A stretch of DNA of 64,000 nt from an uncultured Clostridia bacterium (GCA_944376195.1 CALWBW010000005.1:5941-69940); one strand, 5' to 3'; shown: positions 18,642 through 28,280, counted from the first letter of the stretch. The notes: generated by a model not told the origin, from the sequence alone. Numbers and translations: made by a program.

Positions 18642-19244
18642 TCAGGAATATTCACGTCGTCCATCCAATGCGCGCAAAAGCGTGATTTCATCCGCATATT
18701 CCAAATGCCCTCCGACCGGCACACCGTAGGCCAGCCGAGTTACTTTGACAGAAAAGGGACGTAAAAGACGGGAAAGATACATGGCAGTAGCCTCGCCCTC
18801 CGTATTTGGATCCGTTGCCATAATCACTTCCTGCACACCACCCTCTGCTATGCGTGCAAGCAATTCCTTGATACGCAAGTCGTCGGGCCCCACATGATTC
18901 ATCGGAGAAATCACCCCGTGGAGTACATGGTACCGGCCGTGATATTCGTGCGTGCGTTCCAACGCTGCAACATCGCGGGGATCCGAAACAACACAAATTG
19001 TCGAGGCATCCCGATCCGGGTTATCACAGATAGGACAGACCATGGAATCCGACAGGTTACAGCAAATGGAGCATTGCCGGACGGAATGTTTGGCATCCAT
19101 GATTGCGTCGGCAAAGGCTCTGGCCGCTTCTTCCGGCAAATCCAACACATAAAAAGCCAATCGTTGAGCGGTTTTATGTCCAATACCAGGCAGACTCTCG
19201 AATTGTTCAATCAGGCGCTCCAAAGAGGCGGAAAAAACTCGCAT
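18642..19244 (-). CDS. recR: recombination protein RecR
   Basis: LIEQFESLPGIGHKTAQRLAFY (HhH), C4 zinc finger CSICCN..CPIC, Toprim domain. Confidence 0.95.
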   Translation of the reverse strand: MRVFSASLERLIEQFESLPGIGHKTAQRLAFYVLDLPEEAARAFADAIMDAKHSVRQCSICCNLSDSMVCPICDNPDRDASTICVVSDPRDVAALERTHEYHGRYHVLHGVISPMNHVGPDDLRIKELLARIAEGGVQEVIMATDPNTEGEATAMYLSRLLRPFSVKVTRLAYGVPVGGHLEYADEITLLRALDGRREYS

Positions 19245-19588
19245 TAAAACAACCCGCCCATATTCATGCCGCCGGAAAGGCGGTTCATGGTTTTTTCGGC
19301 ATCTTCACGCGCAGCGCGGATTGCCCCGTTAACAGTCAGAAGAATCAGATCAGACAACATCTCTGCATCTTCCGGATCAATGACGTCCGGCGCGATGGTA
19401 AGCTTGACGCATTCCAATTTTCCATTTACAACGACCTGGACCTCGCCGCCGCCGGAAGCAAAGGAATATTCTTTTTCATCCAGCTCCCGACGAGCGTTTT
19501 CCATGTCCGCCTGCATTTTCTGCGCTTGACGGAGCATGGCGTTCATATTCATGCCGCCCATGGGCGGTATTTTATTCTTTGCCATCAT
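19244..19588 (-). CDS. ybaB: YbaB/EbfC family nucleoid-associated protein
   Basis: ...NMNAMLRQAQKMQADMENARRELDEKE..GGGEVQVVVNGK... Classic dnaX-ybaB-recR context. Confidence 0.9.
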   Translation of the reverse strand: MMAKNKIPPMGGMNMNAMLRQAQKMQADMENARRELDEKEYSFASGGGEVQVVVNGKLECVKLTIAPDVIDPEDAEMLSDLILLTVNGAIRAAREDAEKTMNRLSGGMNMGGLF

Positions 19589-19602
19589 AACACCTCTTAT
19601 TT

Positions 19603-20133
19603 TTATTTATTCAAGAGACCATTTTCCACCTCTGCGATGATACGGTCTACATTTTCTGCAATAGGCCTTGTCCCGTCAAGTCGGATCACAGGACCACGGT
19701 AATCTTTGAGCCAGTTTTCTACGGTATCCTCAGCACGAGATTCCACAAACGTAAAAAATTGCGCTTCCTGCGCATATAAGTCGCCACCAGCATGTATTCT
19801 ATCGCCAAATTTCTGAAAAGAACGGTTTCTGACCCGTTCCAGCCGCTGTTCCCTTGGCACGGAGAGCAGGACGGCACAGTGAAAATAGGGGAGTGCTTCG
19901 TCGCAATCTCCTCGGACAGCGGCAAAGACAAAACGCTCATGCGTCCGGATTTCACGGAGCAGCAGAATCTCGACCTCTTTCCGGGTGCGTGGCGCAGCAT
20001 AAAGATAGTCAGGGTCCGTTTTGGGAAAATAAAGATCTTCAATGTCAATGAAGTGCATGTCCAGCCGTTGTGCCAGCGCCTTTCCCAGAGTGCTCTTGCC
20101 GACGCCATTCAGTCCGCAGATCAGAATTCCCAT
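19603..20133 (-). CDS. P-loop NTPase/kinase-like protein (AAA/NMP-kinase fold), function unknown
   Basis: ORF 19603..20154. ATG 20133 has AGGAAAG upstream. Walker A GLNGVGKST. No further recognisable signature. Confidence 0.6.
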   Translation of the reverse strand: MGILICGLNGVGKSTLGKALAQRLDMHFIDIEDLYFPKTDPDYLYAAPRTRKEVEILLLREIRTHERFVFAAVRGDCDEALPYFHCAVLLSVPREQRLERVRNRSFQKFGDRIHAGGDLYAQEAQFFTFVESRAEDTVENWLKDYRGPVIRLDGTRPIAENVDRIIAEVENGLLNK

Positions 20134-20160
20134 TCGCTGTTCTTTCCTGCACATGTGCGC

Positions 20161-21876
20161 TTATTTGGTCTCGATTGTGACGCCGGCAGCGCGGCCATCT
20201 TTCATAATGGTATCAAACCCATCAAATGCTGCATTTTGTTTCTTCAATTGTTCAGAGGAGGAGACGCGGACCGTGCAGGATTCCCCCAATATCCGCGATG
20301 CAGCTTCCGCAATGGTATTGCGCAGATCCGGTTTATCAAGCAGCATCACGGAAATTTCGCCTTCCACAACAAGCGTTAAAATCTGCCGTTCATAGTACAT
20401 TTTGGCGAGCGTCAGGTGTGTGTAGGCCGACCGTGGCAACACGCCGCTGAGCGTTTTGCAAATGGCAACTTTACTTTCAGAGGCAAGCTCTGGTTTTTCC
20501 TCCAGTTTGGGAGAACGCTTTTTTTCGAAAGTGGCGGATTGTTTCGTTTGTTGTCCGGCGATTTCCCGCTCTGCTGGAACATCCCTATCATCGAAAGGTG
20601 GGGGACCGTCTTCCGCAAGGGGAAATGGGCAGTCGTCTTCCGACGGTGAATTTGTTTCTGCAGACGCTGAATGCTCCGGGGATACCGGGTTATTAGGCGC
20701 GGGAGAAAGGGAAACCACACCGGAGGCTAATCTGGTCTCCAAGGCGGCAATCCGTCCGGCAAGTTGGGTGGGATCCTCGGCTGCAACGATGGGAGAACAG
20801 AGACCGATGAGACAGAGTTCTGCTTCCAGACGCCCACCAGAAGCACGTTGCATGGCGTCAATGGTTTTTTGAAGCGACGAGGTAATATCCATCACATGGC
20901 GGGGCGAAAACCGCTTGGCATCGCGCAGCAGCGATTGATGGTCAAAACCGGGGGAAGAAAGTCCCGGCGCTGCATCCGGTGCAGTTTGATAGAGCAGAAC
21001 ATCGCGAAAATAAGCGGCGAGCCGTTCCAATGACGACCGAATATCGCGGCCATCCATGTAAAGCCGATCCAACGCCAAAAGCGCACTGGACGCATTCTGC
21101 GCGGCAATGGCGCCGACAATGGTATCTAGGCATTCGTTAGAAGGGATTCCCATTGCCTCTATGACGGCAGACTCTGTTAATTCACCGGTTCCATCATGCC
21201 CGATCATACACCGCTCCAGAAGAGAGAGAGAATCTCGAACGGAACCATCCGCTAGTTTTGCAAGGAGGTCAAGCGCCTTTGGCGCTATGCGAAGCCCCTC
21301 TTTTTCCGCAATAGCCGAAATATTGGAGGCAATTTCCCGCGGCTCTACTCGTTTGAAATCAAATCTCTGGCAGCGCGAGAGAATCGTTGCCGCGACGCGA
21401 TGCAGCTCCGTCGTAGCCAGGATAAACATCACATACTCCGGTGGTTCTTCCAGTGTTTTTAAAAGTGCGTTAAATGCACCGGCAGACAGCATATGCACTT
21501 CGTCAATAATATAAACGCGGCGTTTTACATTGGCGGGAGGGTAAGTGGTCTCTTCCAAAATAGCACGCATGTTATCTACGCCGGTATTGGATGCGGCATC
21601 CAATTCCAAGACGTCTAAAATAGAGCCATCCAAAATACCACGGCAGGAAGGACATTCGTTACAAGGGTTCCCGTTGACCGGATGTTCACAGTTGACGGCC
21701 CGTGCAAGCAATTTTGCACAAGTCGTTTTTCCGGTACCGCGTGTCCCGGTAAACAGATAGGCATGAGAAACCCGGCCGGACTGCACCTGATTTTTCAACG
21801 TTACCGTAATATGTCGCTGTCCGTAAACCGCGTCAAAGGTTTGCGGGCGGTATTTTCGATAATACGCCTGGTACAA
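20161..21876 (-). CDS. dnaX: DNA polymerase III subunit gamma/tau
   Basis: MYQAYYRKYRPQTFDAVYGQ..., Walker A GTRGTGKTT, zinc module C..C..CNECPSC, box VII YIIDEVHML. Confidence 0.95.
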   Translation of the reverse strand: MYQAYYRKYRPQTFDAVYGQRHITVTLKNQVQSGRVSHAYLFTGTRGTGKTTCAKLLARAVNCEHPVNGNPCNECPSCRGILDGSILDVLELDAASNTGVDNMRAILEETTYPPANVKRRVYIIDEVHMLSAGAFNALLKTLEEPPEYVMFILATTELHRVAATILSRCQRFDFKRVEPREIASNISAIAEKEGLRIAPKALDLLAKLADGSVRDSLSLLERCMIGHDGTGELTESAVIEAMGIPSNECLDTIVGAIAAQNASSALLALDRLYMDGRDIRSSLERLAAYFRDVLLYQTAPDAAPGLSSPGFDHQSLLRDAKRFSPRHVMDITSSLQKTIDAMQRASGGRLEAELCLIGLCSPIVAAEDPTQLAGRIAALETRLASGVVSLSPAPNNPVSPEHSASAETNSPSEDDCPFPLAEDGPPPFDDRDVPAEREIAGQQTKQSATFEKKRSPKLEEKPELASESKVAICKTLSGVLPRSAYTHLTLAKMYYERQILTLVVEGEISVMLLDKPDLRNTIAEAASRILGESCTVRVSSSEQLKKQNAAFDGFDTIMKDGRAAGVTIETK

Positions 21877-21947
21877 AAATCACTACCTCCAAAAAATAAC
21901 ACGATCCGGCCAATGGCGAGACCGCACAGCGAACTTTGAATTTACAA

Positions 21948-22200
21948 TATGACCGCCACTCATCCAGAAGACTCAGAACCGGAACCCCCGCGGCACACGG
22001 AGCAAAACTGCTTAATGCTGCTCGGTTCCCCGCCTGACATGGTTCACAGCCGTCCGTTGCGCGGGACCGGTCCCTCTACACCGTCTGTATGCAGCTGACA
22101 TCACATTATAAACCCTCGGAAACGCATTCACCCCTGCTGTAGCGGATTGCAGGTACAGGGCACCGCTATCTCCCCGGTTAGTGCGGTCTGGCCACAGGCC
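21948..22200 (-). ncRNA. ffs: signal recognition particle RNA, long Bacillus/Clostridium type with Alu domain (ends +/-10 nt)
   Basis: The reverse strand contains GGGGAGAUAGCGGUGCCCUGUACCUGCAAUCCGCUACAGCAGGGG, nearly identical to the B. subtilis scRNA Alu domain. It also contains AACCAUGUCAGGCGGGGAACCGAGCAGCAUUAAG (domain IV). The 5' GACCGCACU pairs with the 3' AGUGGCGGUC. Position is directly upstream of dnaX. Confidence 0.85.
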
Positions 22201-22382
22201 GGATCAAAACTTGTTACCCAAACAAGAAAATCATATGCCGGACCAAAAAGCCGTCGTCCAAAAAGCAATCTTACTTTTTGCTTATTTAGTATACAATAGA
22301 TTTTCAAAATTATCAAGTCTTTTTCTTGCAATTCCACGCAATATGTGTTAATATAAACTTAACATTATTCGAGGTGAAGCAT

Positions 22383-22895
22383 ATGGGCAATCGCAGGCTG
22401 TCGATTTTAAAGCGGATTTACAAACTTTTGGATCATGTAACCCCCCTTAACGAGGATTGTGGAGAACTTTGTTGTGCGCGTTGTTGCAAAGGCGGCGATC
22501 ATGACGGCATGTGGTTATTACCGGATGAAGATCTTTTGCTAAAAGACGCGGATTTTTTGACGATCCACGAGACGTTGGAGGGAAAATATGCGATATGCAA
22601 TGGCCATTGCGATCGAAAGTTGCGTCCGATAGCCTGTCGAATTTTTCCGTATTTCCCTATGATGTTCCGAACGCGGGCTGGGACGCACAGTGTGAAGGCA
22701 ATGCCGGATGTTCGCGCGATGGCTTCCTGTGCGCTGTTTGATGCCGATGCTCCTGAAATTGATCCCCGGTTTAAGCAGGCGGTTCGCCGTGCGGGGATGT
22801 TGATGTTGCAGGATCGTTGTATGCGGGGCTGGTTGGATCGAAACAGTTCCTATTTATTTGATATCGCGCAAATGAAAGCGTTGCTGGAGGCATGA
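22383..22895 (+). CDS. YkgJ/UPF0153-like cysteine-cluster (Zn/Fe-S) protein
   Basis: ORF 22326..22895. ATG 22383 has GAGGTG upstream. CGELCCARCC cluster plus RPIACRIFPYFP, reminiscent of the CxxCxxCC...CRxFP family. Confidence 0.6.
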   Translation: MGNRRLSILKRIYKLLDHVTPLNEDCGELCCARCCKGGDHDGMWLLPDEDLLLKDADFLTIHETLEGKYAICNGHCDRKLRPIACRIFPYFPMMFRTRAGTHSVKAMPDVRAMASCALFDADAPEIDPRFKQAVRRAGMLMLQDRCMRGWLDRNSSYLFDIAQMKALLEA

Positions 22896-22930
22896 AATAT
22901 AACAAAAAAGAAATAGCAGAATTTTTATAA

Positions 22931-22968
22931 AAGCAGCGGAAATGTTTTTGACATTTCCGCTGCTTTTA
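22931..22968 (+). terminator. intrinsic terminator
   Basis: AAGCAGCGGAAATGT-ttttg-ACATTTCCGCTGCTT followed by TTAT. Confidence 0.65.
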
Positions 22969-23096
22969 TCCATGTATCGGGAAACGGGTGCTTGTAATCG
23001 CCGCTTGTGACAACGACGTACACTCCATATTTAGCACACCTCTCTCAAACATAATTTTTTCTGGGCAGATAGGTATCTCATCTGATCTGGACTAAT

Positions 23097-23125
23097 TTGA
23101 CTATCCGATTGCCGTATGTTACAAT
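23097..23125 (+). promoter_or_regulatory. candidate sigma-A promoter (TTGACT-17-TACAAT)
   Basis: TTGACT at 23097-23102 and TACAAT at 23120-23125, upstream of the cyclase-family gene. Confidence 0.5.
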
Positions 23126-23185
23126 TAAAATCAAGGAAGAGGTGGGTTGCAAATCCATGATGTTGGTTTGAGGGAGACTGTACCT

Positions 23186-23776
23186 ATGAAGTTTTATGAT
23201 ATTTCCCGTGAAATGCTCTCTGCACCGCGCTACCCTGGAACGGAGGCACCGCGTGTCATTCCGTTGATGCGAATAGGAGAACAGGATTCTCATTATAATT
23301 TGAGTGATTTGGCTTTTGGCGCACATACAGCGACCCACTGCGATGCATGTTGGCACTATGTAAAGGATGCCCCCGATATTGCTGCGATGCCTCTTGAGCA
23401 TTATATCGGAACTTGTTATGTGATGGAGGTCCCGGAAGATTCAGTGATTTCGGAGGAATATCTGCGGGAGCATTTGCCTGTAGGTGTTTCACGTCTTTTG
23501 ATAAAAGGCGGCGGAAACAGCTTTCTTTCCAATGAAGCTGCAGAAACTCTTCAGAAAAATGGCGTCATTACCGTGGGAACGGATGGTTGGAGTGTTTCGC
23601 CTCTCGATCGAAATTCACAGCTCCACAGTATTTTGCTGGGGCATGGCATCGCCATTCTTGAGCAACTTGCTTTGTCTGAGGTTCCGGAGGGATATTATAC
23701 GCTCTGCGCACCACCCATTAAAATAGCCGGTGCGGACGGTGCTCCCTGCAGGGCCATTCTGTTTTGCGATTCATAA
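23186..23776 (+). CDS. cyclase-family protein (kynurenine formamidase-like, Cyclase superfamily)
   Basis: ORF 23147..23776. ATG 23186 has GAGGGAG upstream. MKFYDIS... and the metal-site-like AFGAHTATHCDA resemble the HxGTHxDAP region of this family. Confidence 0.65.
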   Translation: MKFYDISREMLSAPRYPGTEAPRVIPLMRIGEQDSHYNLSDLAFGAHTATHCDACWHYVKDAPDIAAMPLEHYIGTCYVMEVPEDSVISEEYLREHLPVGVSRLLIKGGGNSFLSNEAAETLQKNGVITVGTDGWSVSPLDRNSQLHSILLGHGIAILEQLALSEVPEGYYTLCAPPIKIAGADGAPCRAILFCDS

Positions 23777-23822
23777 AAATGCATGGACAAAATGTCCGTT
23801 TTGAAGTGGACGTTTTGTGTTC

Positions 23823-24287
23823 TCACAAAGGTTTTCCATTTAAAACAGCTTTCTGAAGTTTGTCTCCCACGTATACAAGTTTCAGAGAAAAAATCGGTGC
23901 TTCTGTTTCGAGAAGTTTTAAAAATATACGGTCGCCCTCCCAAATGGGCAGGTTGAAAATTTGTTCTTTTGGGACCCATTCCAGTATACCCTCGTCGCAG
24001 TCCAGTAAAGTTCCCTGAAATTCATCAGCGGTATAAAGAAACATATATTCGGTGTCCAGTTGATCTGTCACGAATGTGATGATTCCGCGCAGACGAAAGG
24101 AAGTAAGCGTAAGTCCGGTTTCTTCGCGGACTTCGCGCAGCAGACAATCCTCCGGGCTTTCCCGGCTTTCAAATCCACCACCGACACCGATCCATTTGTC
24201 GTGGTTGATATCGTGATCCTTTTTGACACGATGCAACAGAAGGTAGCAGCCGTTTTTTTCAATATAGCAAAGCGTTGTGTTTCTCAT
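23823..24287 (-). CDS. NUDIX hydrolase (MutT / 8-oxo-dGTP diphosphatase-like)
   Basis: Nudix box GVGGGFESRESPEDCLLREVREETGL. The start overlaps the stop of the upstream gene (ATGA). Confidence 0.85.
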   Translation of the reverse strand: MRNTTLCYIEKNGCYLLLHRVKKDHDINHDKWIGVGGGFESRESPEDCLLREVREETGLTLTSFRLRGIITFVTDQLDTEYMFLYTADEFQGTLLDCDEGILEWVPKEQIFNLPIWEGDRIFLKLLETEAPIFSLKLVYVGDKLQKAVLNGKPL

Positions 24288-25216
24288 CTTCCCTGTACCG
24301 CTTTAGAATACTCATGTGTTGAAAGTTTAATTTCGTAATCGACCGGCGCGGAGAACGGAAGTTCCAAAAGCTCCGGTTCATTTAAGAGCCGGCGCAGGAG
24401 CCGTACGCTGCCAGCAAAATATAAGCCGTCTGCGATTCGCTCGTCTACAGTCATACCAAGTTCTAAAGCGTCACGCAGCTCAAAAGATCCATCCTCCTTA
24501 AAGTAAGGACGACGGTACTTTTCACCGACGACGACAAAAAATGAATTGGTACCCCAGTTTACCAGGTGGTGATAGTTTGCGCTCATCTTAATGCTGCCGA
24601 GATTGGTGATAAAAACGGTACTGTTATAAGGGTCCGATTTCGACAGGGAAGCGGGGACTTTCCCATAGTAATCCAATATTTTCAATCCGCCTACAATGAT
24701 CCGCGTGCACCAACGGGGTAATTTTTTAAAAACATCCATAATATCCGTGGTGCTGTCCTGCTTTTCATAAACACGGACGCTATAAACAATATTGCGCAGT
24801 TTGTCATGAAATTGCTGAATGGGAGAAATATCGCTGTCTTGATCAAACTTTAAAATGGCAAGTGATTCCTGGGCATCGTCCACAAATTTCTTTTTTACTA
24901 CAAAGGAAAAAGAAAGGTCATTGCGGTCGTAGGTTCGGTGTCCCGAAATAAACCGATTCATTTTTGGCCGCAAATAGACGGTTTTTGCCAGAGCAGCACA
25001 GATAACCTGAAAAATGGTATATTTATAATTGGGGTTTGCAGCATTTTTTCGATCTATGTAATCTATAACGGAAGTGAGATCAATCACCTCGTTCATCACA
25101 GCTTCGTTATCGGTGCGCCGGGGTAAAAGAAACGGCATGAATACATGCATGGAGTCCAGATCCCGCGCCAATTTTGCGTCGCGTCGATCTCCGCGACGGC
25201 GCTGCTTTCCGTTCAT
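24284..25216 (-). CDS. stand-alone 2-oxoacid dehydrogenase E2-type acyltransferase catalytic-domain-like protein (no lipoyl domain)
   Basis: 310 aa. C-terminal ..LGMTVDERIADGLYFAGSV.. aligns by eye with the E2 DHRxxDG active-site motif, with Glu in place of His. The basic N-terminus is MNGKQRRRGDRRD. Confidence 0.6.
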   Translation of the reverse strand: MNGKQRRRGDRRDAKLARDLDSMHVFMPFLLPRRTDNEAVMNEVIDLTSVIDYIDRKNAANPNYKYTIFQVICAALAKTVYLRPKMNRFISGHRTYDRNDLSFSFVVKKKFVDDAQESLAILKFDQDSDISPIQQFHDKLRNIVYSVRVYEKQDSTTDIMDVFKKLPRWCTRIIVGGLKILDYYGKVPASLSKSDPYNSTVFITNLGSIKMSANYHHLVNWGTNSFFVVVGEKYRRPYFKEDGSFELRDALELGMTVDERIADGLYFAGSVRLLRRLLNEPELLELPFSAPVDYEIKLSTHEYSKAVQGR

Positions 25217-25342
25217 AAAAAGTCCTCATTTCAAATAAATTGTTACAATTTCATGATAACACATAGGGACAGTCTGTGCAACTGGATTTGTTTATCACTT
25301 TTATACAATATTTTATCTAAAAAGTATATTGGGAGAATTGTT

Positions 25343-26227
25343 TTGCGATATATTAGGAAAATAATTTCGCCGGAGCTCGCAGGAAAGACAATTCATGCGC
25401 TGTTACGTTCGGAATTGCATTGTTCGGAATCCTTGATTAAAAAATTAAAGCGTCGCAGTGGAGCGATCCTTTTAAATGAAGAACCGGTTCGATCCGTCCG
25501 AAATATTGCTGTATCTGGAGATATCCTTGCGGCAGATGTGGACGATGAAGAACCTATCCCGGACCGTATGGTTTGCGGCGTCCCCATTCTCTATGAAGAC
25601 GAGGATCTTCTGGTGATTCATAAACCGGCCGGAATGGCGGTACATCCTGCCGGCATGACCGCTTATGCCGGTACGGTTGCGGAAGCCGTTTGTGCCTACC
25701 TTGGCGGTCGTGCACTGCACTGTGTCAATCGCCTGGATCGTGGGACTTCCGGAGTGATGGCAATTGCAAAAAGTGGCTATGCCCATGAACGCATGCGCTG
25801 TTTGTTGCATACTGCGGCATGCAAGCGGGAATATCGCGCAATTGCCTTGGGTACGGTTTGGCCGCCGGCTGGTCTTATCGACCTCCCCATAGCGCGTGAG
25901 CGAGAGTCCGCTATCCGGCGCTGCATTGACGCAACGGGTTTCCCGTCCAGAACGCGATACGAAGTCCTTGCGACGGGTGCCGGGTTTTCCCTTTTGCGAA
26001 TTGTACCGGAGACCGGCCGTACGCATCAGATTCGTGTGCATATGGCTGCAATTGGGCATCCATTGGTTGGGGACTGGCTCTATGGTATAGAAGATCCGGA
26101 ATTCATTTCGCGGCCGGCGCTGCATTCGTATAAAATTTCTCTGACAAGCCCTGTGAGTCAGGTACAACTTGAAATTACGGCCCCGATTCCGGAAGATATG
26201 ACGGCGCTTATTCAAAGAATGAGGTAG
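25343..26227 (+). CDS. RluA-family 23S rRNA/tRNA pseudouridine synthase (RluD-like, with N-terminal S4-like domain)
   Basis: The 5' 70 nt of ORF 25145..26227 overlap the opposite-strand gene. The TTG at 25343 has GGGAGA 6 nt upstream. Catalytic motif NRLDRGTSGVM, plus HQIRVH. The exact start is uncertain. Confidence 0.8.
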   Translation: MRYIRKIISPELAGKTIHALLRSELHCSESLIKKLKRRSGAILLNEEPVRSVRNIAVSGDILAADVDDEEPIPDRMVCGVPILYEDEDLLVIHKPAGMAVHPAGMTAYAGTVAEAVCAYLGGRALHCVNRLDRGTSGVMAIAKSGYAHERMRCLLHTAACKREYRAIALGTVWPPAGLIDLPIARERESAIRRCIDATGFPSRTRYEVLATGAGFSLLRIVPETGRTHQIRVHMAAIGHPLVGDWLYGIEDPEFISRPALHSYKISLTSPVSQVQLEITAPIPEDMTALIQRMR

Positions 26228-26230
26228 TTT

Positions 26231-28195
26231 ATGGGATTTTTACCTGTTACACGAGCAGAGATGGAGGCAAGAGGCTGGGACGCTCCGGATTTTGTGTTCA
26301 TTTCCGGAGATGCCTATGTCGATCATCCTTCTTTTGGCCCTTCGATTATCAGCCGTGTGCTGGAAGCGCACGGATATCGTGTCGCGATGCTTGCACAACC
26401 GGATTGGCGTGACGATGCCAGCGTTCGGATCTTCGGACGACCAAAACTGGGCTTTTTGGTTTCTTCGGGCAACATGGATTCCATGGTGAATCACTACACT
26501 GTTGCCAAAAAACGCCGCAGCTTTGACGCATATTCGCCAGGTGGCGAGACGGGCAGGCGCCCGGACCGTGCCACTACAGTGTATTGTAATTTGATCCGAA
26601 AGTCCTATCGTGACGTGCCGATTATCATTGGTGGTATTGAGGCAAGCCTTCGCCGTATGGCGCATTATGATTACTGGTCAGACAGTCTGCGTCGCAGTGT
26701 TTTGTTGGATGCGCAGGCGGATCTGCTTGTTTATGGCATGGGAGAAACGGCCATGGTGGAATTGGCGGATGCACTGGCATCTGGCATACCGGTGCAGGAA
26801 ATTACGTATGTCGAGGGTACGGTCTTCCGAACACGCAGTCTGGAACGAATTTATGATTATGAACTCCTCCCTTCTTTTTCGGCGCTTCGGGAAGACCGTC
26901 GCGCATACGCGCGAAGCTTTTATACACAGTATCAGAATACGGATCCTTTCACGGCACATCGCCTGGTCGAGCCTTACGGGGAACGGGAGTTTGTGGTTCA
27001 GAATCCGCCAGCAAAGCCGCTAACCACGGAGCAAATGGATGCCGTTTATGCGTTGCCGTATCAGCGTACATATCATCCCTGTTATGAAGCGTCGGGCGGT
27101 ATTCCGGCAATTTCCGAAGTAAAATTTAGTCTGACTTCCTGTAGAGGCTGTTTCGGTGCCTGTAATTTTTGCGCACTTACCTTTCATCAGGGACGGATTG
27201 TCCAGGTCCGGAGTCAGGAGTCTCTGCTGCGAGAAGCGGAACTTTTGACAAAGGATCCGGATTTTAAGGGGTATATTCATGATGTCGGAGGGCCTACGGC
27301 CAATTTTCGGCATCTCGCCTGCCGTAAACAATGGAAATCAGGCGCCTGTAAGGACAGGCAGTGCCTGTTTCCAAAGCCCTGTCCCAATCTGGATACCGAC
27401 CACAGTGAGTATATCGCGTTGCTGAGGCGGCTGCGTGAGATTCCAGGCGTGAAAAAGGTGTTTATACGTTCCGGTGTACGGTTTGATTATGTGCTTGCGG
27501 GGAATAACGATGCATTTATCCGGGAATTGTGCGCATATCATGTCAGCGGCCAACTGAAGCTTGCACCAGAACATATTGCGGATGTTGTTCTGCGGTGCAT
27601 GGGAAAACCGTCGAATGACGTCTATCAGGAATTTATCAGGCGTTACGAACGCACCAATCAACGTCTGGGGAAAAAACAGTATATTGAACCTTATTTGATG
27701 TCCTCTCATCCGGGTTCCGGACTTCCGGAAGCGATTGCGCTTGCTGAGTATCTCCATGAAACGCATGGAAGCCCGGAACAGGTGCAGGATTTTTACCCCA
27801 CGCCTTCTACAATATCAACTTGTATGTACTATACGGGTCTTGACCCACGTACCATGGAGCCGGTTTATGTTGCACGTAATCCCCATGAAAAGGCAATGCA
27901 ACGCGCGTTGATCCAGTACCGTGACCCTAAAAATTATGCGCTTGTCACGGAAGCTTTGCGGCGCGCAGGTAGGGAAGATTTAATTGGCTTTGGTCCCAAA
28001 TGCCTGGTGCGGCCGCATAGACGCTCCGGACAAACCTCCGGCACTGGACGGTATGGAGAACAGGCAGGAAAAGGCGGTAAACGCGAATTATCTAAAAAGG
28101 CAAATCCTCGCTCCGCGTCTCAAAACGGCGCGTCACATCCGGCACCGCGTCCTGCGTATCAGAAAAGCTTAAAACGTTCCAAAAAGGAGCGCTGA
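26231..28195 (+). CDS. YgiQ-family radical SAM protein (UPF0313)
   Basis: MGFLPVTRAEMEARGWDAPDFVFISGDAYVDHPSFG.. is the hallmark YgiQ N-terminus. It has a radical-SAM Cys motif CRGCFGACNFC and a basic low-complexity tail. Confidence 0.9.
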   Translation: MGFLPVTRAEMEARGWDAPDFVFISGDAYVDHPSFGPSIISRVLEAHGYRVAMLAQPDWRDDASVRIFGRPKLGFLVSSGNMDSMVNHYTVAKKRRSFDAYSPGGETGRRPDRATTVYCNLIRKSYRDVPIIIGGIEASLRRMAHYDYWSDSLRRSVLLDAQADLLVYGMGETAMVELADALASGIPVQEITYVEGTVFRTRSLERIYDYELLPSFSALREDRRAYARSFYTQYQNTDPFTAHRLVEPYGEREFVVQNPPAKPLTTEQMDAVYALPYQRTYHPCYEASGGIPAISEVKFSLTSCRGCFGACNFCALTFHQGRIVQVRSQESLLREAELLTKDPDFKGYIHDVGGPTANFRHLACRKQWKSGACKDRQCLFPKPCPNLDTDHSEYIALLRRLREIPGVKKVFIRSGVRFDYVLAGNNDAFIRELCAYHVSGQLKLAPEHIADVVLRCMGKPSNDVYQEFIRRYERTNQRLGKKQYIEPYLMSSHPGSGLPEAIALAEYLHETHGSPEQVQDFYPTPSTISTCMYYTGLDPRTMEPVYVARNPHEKAMQRALIQYRDPKNYALVTEALRRAGREDLIGFGPKCLVRPHRRSGQTSGTGRYGEQAGKGGKRELSKKANPRSASQNGASHPAPRPAYQKSLKRSKKER

Positions 28196-28217
28196 TTTTT
28201 CGCTTGCATGGATAGGA

Positions 28218-28259
28218 AACTCCCCCTGCGTCAATTATACAGACGCAGGGGGAGTTTTG
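28218..28259. terminator. hairpin terminator between the convergent ygiQ-like and adenine deaminase genes
   Basis: AAACTCCCCCTGCGTC-aattataca-GACGCAGGGGGAGTTTTGT. Confidence 0.65.
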
Positions 28260-28280
28260 TAAAAAACAAGCGCGACGATA

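Noticed and set aside
22128-22337. The 69-aa ORF on the minus strand.
   Set aside because: Its 3' third (22128-22200) overlaps the SRP RNA gene. The sequence there is explained by the conserved Alu domain of the SRP RNA.
25145-25342. The upstream extension of the pseudouridine synthase ORF. Similar 5' extensions exist for ruvA, ruvB, frr, trmL, the dCMP deaminase and the adenine deaminase.
   Set aside because: The extensions overlap neighbouring genes or lack SD sequences. In each case an internal start with a good SD gives the canonical protein N-terminus.
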